Numbered from the stretch's first letter, positions 25,701-36,745 are shown. The stretch is 40,237 nucleotides of DNA from Oscillospiraceae bacterium (GCA_045593225.1 JAZNWG010000428.1:1-40237); one strand, 5' to 3'. Notes: generated by a model from the sequence alone, not told the origin. Translations and numbers: made by a program.

Positions 25701-28167
25701 TTCCAACGGCGTTGTGCTTGGTGAAAACCTGTGCAATCTGGGTATATTGAACAGTGAACTGACAGACATCACCGTCTTGTCGGACACCACATTCTCTTTA
25801 TATGTCCCGACAGCAGGATTTGGTTCGGTTGACAGTGCTTTCAATAACATTACGATAAGCACGCTGACCAGTCCGGCGCCGACCTTAAACGAAAACTATT
25901 GCACTATCCTCGGCAACTTTGATAACTGCGAACTCGATAATATTCGTGTTCATGGTAACAACATTGCATTCTGGATGACAGATTGTGTTGTAAACGACAT
26001 GATCACCTCCGGTGAAACAGGCATGGATTTCGTTGACTGGCTGAGAGAAAACATAATCCGAAACGGTTCGGCACAAGAGTATCTTTACTTCTTTGAGAAC
26101 TGTGAGTGCACGGATATGTTCCTCGAATCAGACATCCAGTTTGAATTCGCAAATCCGCTCACATCGTCTGAAATACAAAAAATTCCCGGTGTACTGAAAG
26201 CGATTCGCGATACGAACACTTTCACCAGATGTGTTGTATCAACACCTGACGGAGCGATTTCTTATCCAACAACAAATGTGACAAGCTTTGATGACGCCAC
26301 TATTCTTACAGATGCCAAACTGATATACAGTGACGGTTCTTGGAAAAATGGCGCATTGGCATACTATCTTGACAAAGGCTATTCAGATAACAGAACCTTT
26401 GATTTCACAGTAGCTGAGAACGACACGTTTAACTGCGGTGACATGATTTCTGGTGACTTAGCGTTCATGCTCGAAGATGATGTATATGCAGAGGTACACA
26501 CAGATGTGACCATCCCTGCATACACAAGAGCAAAGACGGATGCTTCCGAGCCCTCTTTCTACGCGATATCTGCTCCGTATTCGGGCGCAGGTGCAGGTGA
26601 AATAAAGCTCTCGGTTACGCGCGGTGACGATACATGGTCAACAAGCGCTGCAGGAAATGCATTCCCTGAAACAGATATCTTCGTGATTCCTGATGAAACA
26701 TTCACTTACGAAGTCAATGTAGCTGATGGCGCCGGACTAACAGGCATCACATGGAGCACAAAGACTGATAGCTATGACCTCACATCGGAAGGAACGGCGT
26801 TTGAGAACTTCAAGATCACATCAAGCGTTGCGCCTGCTGAAGACGTTGTAATTCTCGGTAGGTGGGCAAATGTCTGGGATATCAAGATATCTGATGCACA
26901 CACTGACTGGCTGTTGCTTGAAACAAGCGCAGCAGCGGCTCTTCCCGGGGCACATGTCATGGTAAATGCAAATGTACTGGGTACAGATAATGCTCTTGGC
27001 GCTGTGTACTACTATCCATACGCACTTGACGCAAACAACGACTGGGTTCTTGATATGTCTGAAAAGACTTATGTTGATCTTTCGACAGGCGTTTTTGAAA
27101 TGCCGAATGCCCATATCATGCTGTTTGCAGAAGCGTTAAACACAGGTGCTGAGATAACTGAGTTTGTCATCGGCGGTAAAAAGGGAACAATTGATAACGA
27201 CACCATTACAATAGGTCTTGACGCGACTCTTGATATCACATCGCTTATTCCCGACAGTATCGTCATTTCTCCGAACGCAACTATCACTCCCGCGCCAAAT
27301 ATGCCGCAGGATTTTTCAGAACCCGTACAATACACAGTAACTTCCGAGTCTGGTGCCGTCAAAACATACTCTGTACAAGTCATTCCAACTGAAGATGGCT
27401 TGATCACACAGTTTGAGCTTGCTGGTCGTCTGGGTGTCATAGACCAGACCGCAAAGACGATCACCGTAACTGTGCCCCCGTCTGTTGACCTCTGGAATAC
27501 ACAGGCAAACATTGTATGGTCGGGTACGGCAATCACTCCTGACCCGTCAAAGGTGAAGGATTATCATCGTAACGATGTCACATATACGGTTACTGCTTCT
27601 GACGGCACTCTTAACCCCTATACTATTATAATAGATGTAGTAGAGGCATCCTCATGGATCGATGCATTTGTTCTGGAGACAGACAATAAACAATTGACGA
27701 TCGATATTGACGAAGCAAATAGCAAAATATATGTGTACTATGACTATGGTACTGACGTATCGAATGTGAAGCTGACAAGTTATCATCACATGGGTGCTAC
27801 TTCCAACCTTGCGTTGGGTGATACCCTGAACCTGACACAGCATTCGGTTCTGTCGCTCACGACTGATTATGGCGATACTAAATTCTATGACTTGCTGGCA
27901 ATCGAGCGACCAAATCCCGACAAAATGATCACTCAGTTCATCTTGTTTGGTCACATCGGAACGATCGATCAAGAGACAGGTGAGATCCGGATCACATTGC
28001 CAAGCAAATATGACATAACTCGCATTCAGCCCGATGCGATCGCATATCGCGGTCACGAGATACTCGGCGTAAACGAGTTCAAGGATTTCTCTCAGCCTGT
28101 CGAATACACGGTTACATCTTTTGATGGAACATCAAAAACATACACTATCATTGTGACACGATCTTAA
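22783..28167 (+). CDS. giant secreted protein: GLUG/beta-helix-like region plus 4 C-terminal DUF5018-like Ig repeats
   Basis: AAGGAGG RBS, signal peptide, G.I.NC repeats, ITxF..G.ID..DFSxPVxYTV repeats. Confidence 0.85.
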   Translation: MISSKKRGIIGLLCASITIGAISFPVIAETGTSPPDFTTGAYDTWDGISYTFDWYTAPETAEDGSAVYTISSASDFAALSVITNDLSGDEYSNITANIAAEDAQYIETVDLFDGDTIKLAANIDLANYDWLPIAYPWRTANLSSAYEFANTNGEIVTYNAVDHIPDDVVDVWVGDVNGEPISTRYWEYPESELRFRDYIDAKTFSSTHELSDFEWDVVEGTKYWYPGPSGSATLQYWGMPLIGAAFSTTENVEDETGFGYDPSTPAASIDPTYGPDKLSAKTIIPVDYTKEIATPYSFKPIAGYTEFAGFSGTFDGDNFHIKGVSPDTPWTEDETERLTTYDPIGRGLFSLVSEQGAIKNLNVQGEYDDEICSYSAILCAYNFGSIENCKVDGTMSQSLITMVYPIAKDYAPDGNSEYLLSDTAGTILPVGNSGFVTSQNYGTIENCQTTGNVTQAFRQFGFIASTNNGVINSCTNAAELSTTPVTTDFFTYEWSHSDENNSAADDKYIFSINTGNTPVYPEISVGATMLPPALSHMNKALYDVHDAANYGITHTALVAMSLSAAVRSNSILNTNVWSAGATAYASLYPALNDELWIAPLYNVEDEESIAANILYGRYIMTLAAGIAAVNNGEINNCANFGAISAIENVTEEQLYTRKNHEDVTIDDTDAYSWIRPQNQYGLFATATSSARLHAGISAVNTGAIANCSDAADLSYGETGVITTNGVEYDVVDDAEGIASEYSSLGNGNNTSSLNIIAATANGFYCNDVKYDSDYYAFGTRWWISEDMKNAALPDGYTSASYDANMPYPFYFGYNELHSRISGGISVHNCGTITDCSATGRAYAGLAAVCIGGEITNCSDVSASDTDIGYAIRYAENGTFSDLTCEDYCFGTITQSGDSICIGTHIVADSIAGTVNGEDTDKLTLETVYANSKIAYNIQTATVNDFVTCGSIASSTRGSLGDWEDRADLNNCKISNGVVLGENLCNLGILNSELTDITVLSDTTFSLYVPTAGFGSVDSAFNNITISTLTSPAPTLNENYCTILGNFDNCELDNIRVHGNNIAFWMTDCVVNDMITSGETGMDFVDWLRENIIRNGSAQEYLYFFENCECTDMFLESDIQFEFANPLTSSEIQKIPGVLKAIRDTNTFTRCVVSTPDGAISYPTTNVTSFDDATILTDAKLIYSDGSWKNGALAYYLDKGYSDNRTFDFTVAENDTFNCGDMISGDLAFMLEDDVYAEVHTDVTIPAYTRAKTDASEPSFYAISAPYSGAGAGEIKLSVTRGDDTWSTSAAGNAFPETDIFVIPDETFTYEVNVADGAGLTGITWSTKTDSYDLTSEGTAFENFKITSSVAPAEDVVILGRWANVWDIKISDAHTDWLLLETSAAAALPGAHVMVNANVLGTDNALGAVYYYPYALDANNDWVLDMSEKTYVDLSTGVFEMPNAHIMLFAEALNTGAEITEFVIGGKKGTIDNDTITIGLDATLDITSLIPDSIVISPNATITPAPNMPQDFSEPVQYTVTSESGAVKTYSVQVIPTEDGLITQFELAGRLGVIDQTAKTITVTVPPSVDLWNTQANIVWSGTAITPDPSKVKDYHRNDVTYTVTASDGTLNPYTIIIDVVEASSWIDAFVLETDNKQLTIDIDEANSKIYVYYDYGTDVSNVKLTSYHHMGATSNLALGDTLNLTQHSVLSLTTDYGDTKFYDLLAIERPNPDKMITQFILFGHIGTIDQETGEIRITLPSKYDITRIQPDAIAYRGHEILGVNEFKDFSQPVEYTVTSFDGTSKTYTIIVTRS

Positions 28168-28179
28168 GGAGACACAATA

Positions 28180-31100
28180 ATGAGATTGAAAAGATTATTC
28201 TCAGGTCTCGTTGCGTGTACTTTCATCTTGTCGCTCATCCCTCAGATTACACTCTCTGCTGCAACGGCAGAGAGTGAATCGGGTGGTCGAGTAAACTGGA
28301 CAGGATACGAAGACCGCAACTTAGATTTTGATGTATGGGATGGCACTTCATACGACACTTCATGGTATAACGAAGCCGTTGGTAGCGAAAGCGACCCGTA
28401 CATCATCGACTCTGCCGCAGACCTTGCAGGTTTGCAGTACATGACAAACAACAGCGAGAATATTGGCTACGGCACAGTGACTCCGCTGACGACAAAGGAA
28501 ACGAATTTCCTTTCCAAATTCCGCTATGCGTTTTATGATACGGAAAAAGACGCATTTGACCCTGCCGCGTGGTATTATCTGCTTTCAAGCACACGATTAG
28601 ACAAAAACGTAAGATATGAAGCTACCTGTGACCTTGTGGAATACCAGCTTGAATACGACGCAGGAAAATATGTCACTACGGCATACATGGATAACGTCAA
28701 ATACTGGCTCAAAGTCGGGGATGCGGCTGTTCAGCTTAAATTCGACCAAAACCTTGCTGACTTGGTTTCTGACTATTATCGTTTCTATTTTGAACCCGCA
28801 AAAGATTATTCCGAAACAGGCGTCAAACCAAATTACTATCCGCTCAACCAAATGAAAGCGGTAAAAGATGATTGCTGCGCTTTATCCGATATTATCATCG
28901 GTGGTGGAATATCCGCCGATTGGGAAAGCAATACGTTTGAGTATACTGCTTACTATTATAATGGTGGCGACACATATACTTTCACCTGCGACCTTGATGA
29001 CTTCAACATCCTGAAAGGGAAGACCGCAGTCAACGCATACGGCGAAAGTATTGAGCTGAATACCAACATGGTACATCAATATGAAATGTATACATCTTCG
29101 CTCTCTACATTTTCTGCTGTTGTCGGCACCGTCAAAGGATATCCGTTGTCTGATACCACAAGAGCGTCAGGTTTTAACACCTTTATCGGTGATTTAGGTG
29201 TTATCTCTGTTGATACAACAAATGCAGACAGCCATTGTGGTTCGGAGAAAATAATCTTCGAAGGCGGTTATGGCGAAAAAGCAGATTACTCGTATTTCCA
29301 AGATACGACGATATCCACAGACACATGGTACAATGCGCTTGACTCAATCGTTTATGCTGGGCATTTCGGTGCGCCGAGCTATAAGGTAGGTGTACTTTAC
29401 GATTGGGATGCCGTAAATGACGATACCATACTGGTAACACTGAACGTCTATACTGATGATGTTCTGACTTCTACAGTGAAAACATCCGTGGATTGCAGTG
29501 TTGACGGTATTTCCTTGCCCAAGTTCTACGGCTACGATGTAAATGTGACCTTGGACGAACAAGCGCAGGAACTCACAGTTACTATCCCTCGTGTATACAA
29601 GAAGGGCATCAGTATCTGGGGCGCAGATACCAAGACAGGAGCAAACACAGGCGATGTTCTTACTGTTACCATTCCTGTAGAACAGAACAATACGGCAACG
29701 CTGTATACGCTTGACGGAACTGACACAGGCACATACACCAATGACGGCAGATACAAGCTTATCAGCTCGAATTGTTTCGCGCCTGCAGCGTTTGAAACAT
29801 GGACGATAAATTGGGCAACAGATGCCACGTCTCTTGCTCAGTACAACCATCTGACCTGCGATAATCCATCTTTTAAGGGTAAATACATCAAGCTTGGCGC
29901 AGACATTGATATGTCTGCCGCGCCAATATCCATATTCCCTAACAGATATCATGATGGCTATGGTTTGGACGGCACATTTGATTTAAACGGCTATGCGATA
30001 AAAGGCGTGAGCAACGACTTTATTGGGTCGATAAACAAAACAGGTGTTCTGAAGAACGGTCATATTGAATTGGATGTTGCGAATACAAATGGTCCAGCTG
30101 TAATATGCGCAACAGCAGGTGCGATATCTGATGTAGACTTCTACGCATACTCGCTTCTCGAAAGCGAAGGTATCGGCGAACAGGGTGTATCTCGTCATAT
30201 CGTTGGCACAAACAATGGTGAGATACGCAGATGTTCGTTACGAACAACCACCTATAACACAGAAAGCTTTGTGTACGAGAATAACAATCTGATAAGCGAC
30301 TGTGACTGGTACTATATTGAACCGACAGCAGTCGGCGATAGTGTGATAAACACAACGTTTTCCAGTACGCCATCAAGCTTCTTTGTTTATATAAACAATG
30401 GTCACATTCAGAATGTTTGTGTTGATGCCGATGAAAACGCAGTGAACGCTGCTCACGAACTGGCATATGACGGTCAGGCACTCATAGCCGCTAACCCATA
30501 TAGCACAGGAACAGTTGATGGTTTTTACATGGGTGACTTCACTGTCAAAAACACAGGTCGTCACGCATGGATATATGCCGGCGGAATCGTTTCAAACATG
30601 GAGACATACGTGTCTTTTGAAAGAAACAATATATCCGCATATGCGTCCATGCAGAATTCCACACAAAGTCTGACAGATAGCAAAATTGACATGACATCTG
30701 ACTGCTTTGCTTTCAACGGTGATACTGTAAGTGGTGGTATCAGTTTTTACAACTGTGAAGTTAAATACACAGGATCTACAGCACAAGCATATAACAACAG
30801 CTACAACGGCATATTTGAAATAAATGCGATACAGGACTCCAAGTTCGATATCCATGTAAACGACAACCCTGCATACAACAGCGGTAATACAGGAAAAGAC
30901 CCTCTGTTTTTCAGTGACTATGACTCGTCAATAAAGAACTCTATCATTGATAATTCTGAGATAACAATAAACCTGTCTCATTACACAAAGAACGACGAGC
31001 CTATCCTGTGGCTCACTAAGGGTGAGATAACCAACAGTGAAATCAATCTGATTTCGCCGTATGGTTCTGATTGGGGATATGTAGGTCTGATAAACTGTAA

Positions 31101-34100
31101 CCGAGTTCGTAACTCGAAAATCAATTGCCCTGATGTAAGAGGCTATGCAACTCCAATCTTCGGATACAACAGTTCTGGAGCAAAGATTTGCGAAAATTCC
31201 ATTGTATCGGTAAGCTACAAAGGTCAGTTGTTACCATCTTCTCGCGTCTACAACGACAATGGAATGATGTGGGTCAACTCCGAATTCTATGTTCATTTTG
31301 ACGAAACAGCAGTTTTCAACTCTTACGACAATGGTCAATACACCAATGACAACTGTCCACCTGTTTGTCTTGAGGGCTTAGTTGATTCGATAATCGTCAT
31401 GACAAGCGATTCCGATGATGTTGTGTTCGAAGACGAAGTTATCCTGCAAGGTTCAGGTAATTACGGAGAGTTTGCAGGACGATACGAGAACAGCACGATA
31501 CTGCTTGACAGTCTGACACTTTCTGGTGCAGACACTACATTGTTCGGACAGAGCAACTCAAACTCGTCGTATAACTATGTAAAATCCTTAGAAAACCTTA
31601 CAATTATCTCGAAGAACACCAAAAAGGCAACCGCAGACACAAACGTTATTGTTTGTGATTCCATTTCCCAAAACGGTTTGATGTCGGGCATGATTAACGG
31701 TCTGTATATTGATGTTGAATACGCTGACGGACATGAAGAGACTCCTACAATAGGCTTCCATCTGAGAGGTCAGTGCTTTAATGGTAACCCGTTCATTCTG
31801 GCAAATGCCTATATGACCTCGAATACTACATCTCCGAAATCGGCATTGACGCAAGTACACTCTAACACTGTGTTTAGTTATGGTAATCCAAATCTTGTTT
31901 TCAACAACATCTTTCTGGATTTACCCAACGCTCAGACAACTGTGACTCCATCGGAAACAGCAGAGGGCGTTACAACAGGCTTTGTGAGTATGTCTTCGGA
32001 TAGCTCTTATTACAGAGATAAATACGATGATACTGCTGTGATTTGTTTCGGTGACGTTCCTTGGATGGGTAGTTACCTCTTACAGGACAACATGGCGTGG
32101 GGCAACGTTCTGATACCATCGGGACATTCAGTTCTTCCTCAGTATTACAATGCCGATACAACAACACCTGACTCGTGGAACGTTGAATCCAATCTCTCAA
32201 GCGTTTATGGCGGTTGGTTTTATGGTACAGACAATGACGATAGCTCTCACGGTAACATAACAAAAGCTCTTGATGAGCTTTCTGTTATCGAGTTTGATAC
32301 ATCTGACCCCGATTGCTATACAGACGGCTCACTTGCATATGCACTTGACAACGGTTCTTCGCAGTATCGCCGTTCACAAAGCTGGACGGTTATAGATGCA
32401 TTCTCTGTTTACAACCCCTTGACTGACGAACTTGTATGGGAGCAAGACGCTTTCACAGGTCTCGCGGCTATGCACCTTCCTGAGAGAGTTATCATAACCT
32501 ATGATGTGAACTTCGAACCTGTTTACAAGCTTACAATGTTACCCGCTGACGGCGGATACGTTGAAGTGCTTGGATTGGCAGACAAAATCACATCAGACGG
32601 TTCTGTGTACGTCAAGCGAAACACGTCTGTGCCTACAAATGAAGTAGTTGCAGACGAACGACTGACATTTGCATACGCATTGCAGTCTTTCTATGACGGA
32701 GCTACGTCTCGTATTCCGTCTACAGCAGACTCACAGCCGCAGACTTTTGCACGCCGTGCATCCGATCCGACAGATTACACAATCAACGGCTATACCGTAT
32801 ATGCAGCTGATACGACTATTCAGCCTGTATTCGGAACCGCTCGTTATATCACTGTGAATTTGACAGGTTCTGAGAACGGAACGATCGTTCCTTCCACAAC
32901 AGTGTCTATAGCAGGTGAGACCATTCGTCTGCAAAACGATATTGCTAAAGGCTATACCGTGACCAACCTGGCAATAAACGGAACACCGTTAACAGAAATG
33001 ATGTTCATTATGCCTGACGCAGATGTGGAGATCACCGGTGAAATAATTCCATTTGACGGCGGCATTACACAGTTCTCTGTATACGGTTTCGACGGTCTTA
33101 TCGACCAGATAAACCATACGATTTCTGTGATCATTCCTAAAATGGGCAGTCTCACGAATATTCAGCCTGAGATCGAGTGGTCAGGTAAATATCTTACTCC
33201 GTCTGAAAGCACAAGGGTCGACCTCAGCAATCCTGTGACCTACACAGTGACCAAAGACGATGATACAACAGTTGACTATGCTGTTACTGTGACACAGTCC
33301 ACACATACGATGCGTATTTACGAATACGAGATAAACGGTGTAAAAGGCGACATCAATCATGCAACACGACAGATCACTGTTGAGTTACCGGCAGGCACTG
33401 ATTTAAGTGCACTCACACCTACAAACATCGTATACTCCGCAGAAAGCATCGCTCCGACAAGCAATGCGACACAGGACTTCCGTGCCCCTGTCGTGTACAC
33501 ATTGAGCACAACAGGTATGCAAAACGTTCAGTATACAGTGACCGTGAAGGCTCTCGGTTCGTCTGACGCTCGTATTGACGAATATGTATATTCGGGCTAT
33601 TCCGGCGTTATCGACCATGAGAACGGAACTATTACGCTAAACATTCCCGCACTTCTGAGCACAACAGACGTTGTTCCAAGCGTACTGTCGTATGCAGGCA
33701 AGCAAATCAGCCCGTCCAAGACAACAGCTGTTACGCTAACTGACGACATTGCCACTACTGCAACCTACACAGTCACCTCGCAGAATGATACTACAAAGAC
33801 ATACGCAATCGTTGCAAATCTTCTCTCTGACGACACCGCTAAGATTACAAAATTTGAGCTTGGCGGGGAAGAGGGTATTATCGACGAAGATGAAAAGACT
33901 ATCACTGTCACAGTAAGTGAAACAGTGAATATCACTGACGTAACACCTGACAGCCTCATCTTTGAGGGAAAGAGCATATACCCCAGCATCAGCATCGAGC
34001 GTGACTTTACACAACCTCAGACGTATACTGTTGTTGCGCCTGACAATAGCGAAGTAACATACACCGTAGACGTTATCCGTCAGAAGAACGGAGCTGAAAT

Positions 34101-35778
34101 CACAGAATTTGCGATTCTCGGCTACGAAGGCGTCATTGACCAGACAGCAAAGACCATAACGGTTGACCTGCCTTACGGCGTTGACGTTTCTGACGTTCCC
34201 CCATCCAAGGTCGTATACTCTGAAGGTGCTGACATTTCTCCCGAAGTGACAGAAAAGCAGGACTTCACAGAGGAAGTCAAGTATACTGTCAAATCAGAAG
34301 ACGGTCTCAATGAAAACGAGTACACAGTAATCGTGAACGCTGCTGATCAGTACGACAATCTTATCACGCATTTCGAGCTTGATAATGTCGAGGGTGCGAT
34401 TACCAACATCGGAGCAAGCTTGGGTACTATCACGTTGACTATCAAGGATTATCCCAATGCGCCTGATTGGACGAACATCGTTCCGAACGAAATCATAACC
34501 TCTGTTGGCGCTGTATTGACACCTGACGATACCACAGCCCGTGACTTTACAAATGTACTCACTTATGTGGTAACCGGTAAATTAAGCGGTGACCGTACAT
34601 ATACAGTCACAACAGAGATCATCCCCATGTCAACTGTTGCTGAAATCACCAAGTTCACAGCAGACGGATACACAGGTATCATCGATCAAGAAAATGGTAC
34701 GATCAAACTGCGTATACCCGAATCAAAGAAACAAGCTATGACAAACGTAACGCCTGTCATCGAATGGAAAGGCAAAACTTTGACGCCTGATGGCTCTGTG
34801 GACCTGACCAATGACATAACATACACAGTCACAGCCGAGGATCCTGATATCAAGAAAAATTATGACATCATAATTTCTTGGATAGATGATTCTGCGCCTG
34901 ATTCGCTGGATACAACAGCTGAAATAACTCGTTACAAAGTGAACAATATTACAGCTAAGATCGACCAGACGACAAAAACTATAACGCTCAATATACCCGA
35001 AAATAAAAAGGCGGATTTTACGAATGTGGTACCTGATATCACATGGAGGGGATATGCTCTTACGCCAAGCGATACAACACCTGTGGATCTCACAGATGAT
35101 TCGCTTGTCTACACCGTATTTGCTGAAGACCCATCCGTAACGGTTGAATACACAGTAACAGTCAACTGGACAAAATCGTCAACAGGCGGCACCCGACCTG
35201 TTGTGCCACCTTTGACACCAACGGTTAACGACACCGCTCGCATCTGGGACTATACAATATTCGGCATCAACGCTTCTATCGACCAGATAGCAAACACGAT
35301 CACATTGAATATTCCGGAAAGCTTACGCGAAAAGGCGTCGACAGCTATACCTGATACGATCAACTGGTACGGCAAATCGATCAAACCCGCAGCAAATGCC
35401 GCTATATCTTTGATAGACCCGCCTGATTATGTTGTTACAGCAGAAGCCGGTAATACCCGTACATATACAATGATCATCAATTGGATCAACGACGGTGAAC
35501 CCGAAAAGCCTGTTCCTGACAAACCTATTGTTGAAACAGAAGAGCCGACGATCGAAACAGAAGAACCTGACGAGATTATCGATACACCTGATGAAACAGT
35601 AGATGCAACAGATGAGCCCATCGAAGATGAACCCGATGACAAACCTGAGCCACCGCCGGAAAATCCCGACAATAACGAGGACAATCCGAACACAAGCGCC
35701 ACTGACTACACAATGCTTTCAGCATTGCTGGCACTGACATCGGCACTCATGTTTGTATCCAAAAAACGCGAAACATAA
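28180..35778 (+). CDS. giant sortase-anchored surface protein with about 9 DUF5018-like Ig repeats
   Basis: signal peptide; repeats; Pro/Glu linker; NPNTS-hydrophobic-KKR C-terminal sorting signal. Confidence 0.88.
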   Translation: MRLKRLFSGLVACTFILSLIPQITLSAATAESESGGRVNWTGYEDRNLDFDVWDGTSYDTSWYNEAVGSESDPYIIDSAADLAGLQYMTNNSENIGYGTVTPLTTKETNFLSKFRYAFYDTEKDAFDPAAWYYLLSSTRLDKNVRYEATCDLVEYQLEYDAGKYVTTAYMDNVKYWLKVGDAAVQLKFDQNLADLVSDYYRFYFEPAKDYSETGVKPNYYPLNQMKAVKDDCCALSDIIIGGGISADWESNTFEYTAYYYNGGDTYTFTCDLDDFNILKGKTAVNAYGESIELNTNMVHQYEMYTSSLSTFSAVVGTVKGYPLSDTTRASGFNTFIGDLGVISVDTTNADSHCGSEKIIFEGGYGEKADYSYFQDTTISTDTWYNALDSIVYAGHFGAPSYKVGVLYDWDAVNDDTILVTLNVYTDDVLTSTVKTSVDCSVDGISLPKFYGYDVNVTLDEQAQELTVTIPRVYKKGISIWGADTKTGANTGDVLTVTIPVEQNNTATLYTLDGTDTGTYTNDGRYKLISSNCFAPAAFETWTINWATDATSLAQYNHLTCDNPSFKGKYIKLGADIDMSAAPISIFPNRYHDGYGLDGTFDLNGYAIKGVSNDFIGSINKTGVLKNGHIELDVANTNGPAVICATAGAISDVDFYAYSLLESEGIGEQGVSRHIVGTNNGEIRRCSLRTTTYNTESFVYENNNLISDCDWYYIEPTAVGDSVINTTFSSTPSSFFVYINNGHIQNVCVDADENAVNAAHELAYDGQALIAANPYSTGTVDGFYMGDFTVKNTGRHAWIYAGGIVSNMETYVSFERNNISAYASMQNSTQSLTDSKIDMTSDCFAFNGDTVSGGISFYNCEVKYTGSTAQAYNNSYNGIFEINAIQDSKFDIHVNDNPAYNSGNTGKDPLFFSDYDSSIKNSIIDNSEITINLSHYTKNDEPILWLTKGEITNSEINLISPYGSDWGYVGLINCNRVRNSKINCPDVRGYATPIFGYNSSGAKICENSIVSVSYKGQLLPSSRVYNDNGMMWVNSEFYVHFDETAVFNSYDNGQYTNDNCPPVCLEGLVDSIIVMTSDSDDVVFEDEVILQGSGNYGEFAGRYENSTILLDSLTLSGADTTLFGQSNSNSSYNYVKSLENLTIISKNTKKATADTNVIVCDSISQNGLMSGMINGLYIDVEYADGHEETPTIGFHLRGQCFNGNPFILANAYMTSNTTSPKSALTQVHSNTVFSYGNPNLVFNNIFLDLPNAQTTVTPSETAEGVTTGFVSMSSDSSYYRDKYDDTAVICFGDVPWMGSYLLQDNMAWGNVLIPSGHSVLPQYYNADTTTPDSWNVESNLSSVYGGWFYGTDNDDSSHGNITKALDELSVIEFDTSDPDCYTDGSLAYALDNGSSQYRRSQSWTVIDAFSVYNPLTDELVWEQDAFTGLAAMHLPERVIITYDVNFEPVYKLTMLPADGGYVEVLGLADKITSDGSVYVKRNTSVPTNEVVADERLTFAYALQSFYDGATSRIPSTADSQPQTFARRASDPTDYTINGYTVYAADTTIQPVFGTARYITVNLTGSENGTIVPSTTVSIAGETIRLQNDIAKGYTVTNLAINGTPLTEMMFIMPDADVEITGEIIPFDGGITQFSVYGFDGLIDQINHTISVIIPKMGSLTNIQPEIEWSGKYLTPSESTRVDLSNPVTYTVTKDDDTTVDYAVTVTQSTHTMRIYEYEINGVKGDINHATRQITVELPAGTDLSALTPTNIVYSAESIAPTSNATQDFRAPVVYTLSTTGMQNVQYTVTVKALGSSDARIDEYVYSGYSGVIDHENGTITLNIPALLSTTDVVPSVLSYAGKQISPSKTTAVTLTDDIATTATYTVTSQNDTTKTYAIVANLLSDDTAKITKFELGGEEGIIDEDEKTITVTVSETVNITDVTPDSLIFEGKSIYPSISIERDFTQPQTYTVVAPDNSEVTYTVDVIRQKNGAEITEFAILGYEGVIDQTAKTITVDLPYGVDVSDVPPSKVVYSEGADISPEVTEKQDFTEEVKYTVKSEDGLNENEYTVIVNAADQYDNLITHFELDNVEGAITNIGASLGTITLTIKDYPNAPDWTNIVPNEIITSVGAVLTPDDTTARDFTNVLTYVVTGKLSGDRTYTVTTEIIPMSTVAEITKFTADGYTGIIDQENGTIKLRIPESKKQAMTNVTPVIEWKGKTLTPDGSVDLTNDITYTVTAEDPDIKKNYDIIISWIDDSAPDSLDTTAEITRYKVNNITAKIDQTTKTITLNIPENKKADFTNVVPDITWRGYALTPSDTTPVDLTDDSLVYTVFAEDPSVTVEYTVTVNWTKSSTGGTRPVVPPLTPTVNDTARIWDYTIFGINASIDQIANTITLNIPESLREKASTAIPDTINWYGKSIKPAANAAISLIDPPDYVVTAEAGNTRTYTMIINWINDGEPEKPVPDKPIVETEEPTIETEEPDEIIDTPDETVDATDEPIEDEPDDKPEPPPENPDNNEDNPNTSATDYTMLSALLALTSALMFVSKKRET

Positions 35779-35855
35779 TCGCGCATACTAAAACAAGCAA
35801 GACAAAGGGTTGATGTGTTTTGCATCAGCCCTTCTTGCTACGGTTTTACCAACGT

Positions 35856-35935
35856 GTAACAAAAATGTAACAAAAATGTTACACAGAAAAATAATTGTAA
35901 CAAAAATGTTACAATATTGTTACAAAAAAGTGACA
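35856..35935. repeat. cluster of TGTAAC/GTTACA direct and inverted repeats
   Basis: TGTAACAAAAATGT x3, GTTACA x3 upstream of ORF 35952. Confidence 0.7.
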
Positions 35936-35951
35936 AAGAAAGGAATACAAT

Positions 35952-36257
35952 ATGACAATATTACTTACTCGCAACAACATAACAAAAACAATAGAAGCAA
36001 AGGCTGATGTTGAATTTGCAACAAATATCATGGAAAAAGCAAAATGGACAATGACACATATGGGTGAAAAAAACACAGACAGAATGCTGCATAATTTTCG
36101 CATTGCGATACCGTATGTGACAGCACCGGATGTTATGTCCATAAAATCGGCAATGGACAGCGATGCTGATGATATAAACAAATTTGTTACGATCTGCAAT
36201 ATTCTGGCCAAAGCATCCGTTTTCAGTATTTCTCCTTGCATTGAGTTTAAATTCTGA
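35952..36257 (+). CDS. hypothetical protein
   Basis: AAAGGA RBS; hairpin plus T-run follows. Confidence 0.7.
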   Translation: MTILLTRNNITKTIEAKADVEFATNIMEKAKWTMTHMGEKNTDRMLHNFRIAIPYVTAPDVMSIKSAMDSDADDINKFVTICNILAKASVFSISPCIEFKF

Positions 36258-36339
36258 TCTACGCCGTCAGAACGGCGTCGGTTTGTTTTGCACCGACATA
36301 CTGCGATAAATGATAGTGCAAAAGGGGAAAAGAAATAAC

Positions 36340-36723
36340 ATGATGAAACACATACACACAGCAACCACCAATAATCTTATAGTCGTGTTATGCGACACAC
36401 TCGCAAAAGCAGTTATAACAGCAATAGTTATAGTACTCATCATAAACAAAAATATAAACGCGATTGGCGTCTGCACTATGTTAGCAGTCCCCGTGTCAGC
36501 TGCATTAAGCATATTGAAATGCATCTCTCTTGATATGATGTTTGAAGAAAACAACAAAATTTATCTGAAACAACGCGGCACACGAAAAATGCGAGAAATC
36601 AACATCGTTGAATGCTTGCATGCACGAAAAGATGATACTCTTGAATGGCACATAAACGGTGTCACGCACATAACAGAAATACCGCCTATGCTTGTTGATT
36701 ACTTCAGACAAAACGATAATTGA
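36340..36723 (+). CDS. membrane protein (2 TM)
   Basis: AAAGGGG RBS; hydrophobic segments. Confidence 0.65.
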   Translation: MMKHIHTATTNNLIVVLCDTLAKAVITAIVIVLIINKNINAIGVCTMLAVPVSAALSILKCISLDMMFEENNKIYLKQRGTRKMREINIVECLHARKDDTLEWHINGVTHITEIPPMLVDYFRQNDN

Positions 36724-36745
36724 ATTACGAAAGGAACAGACAAAT

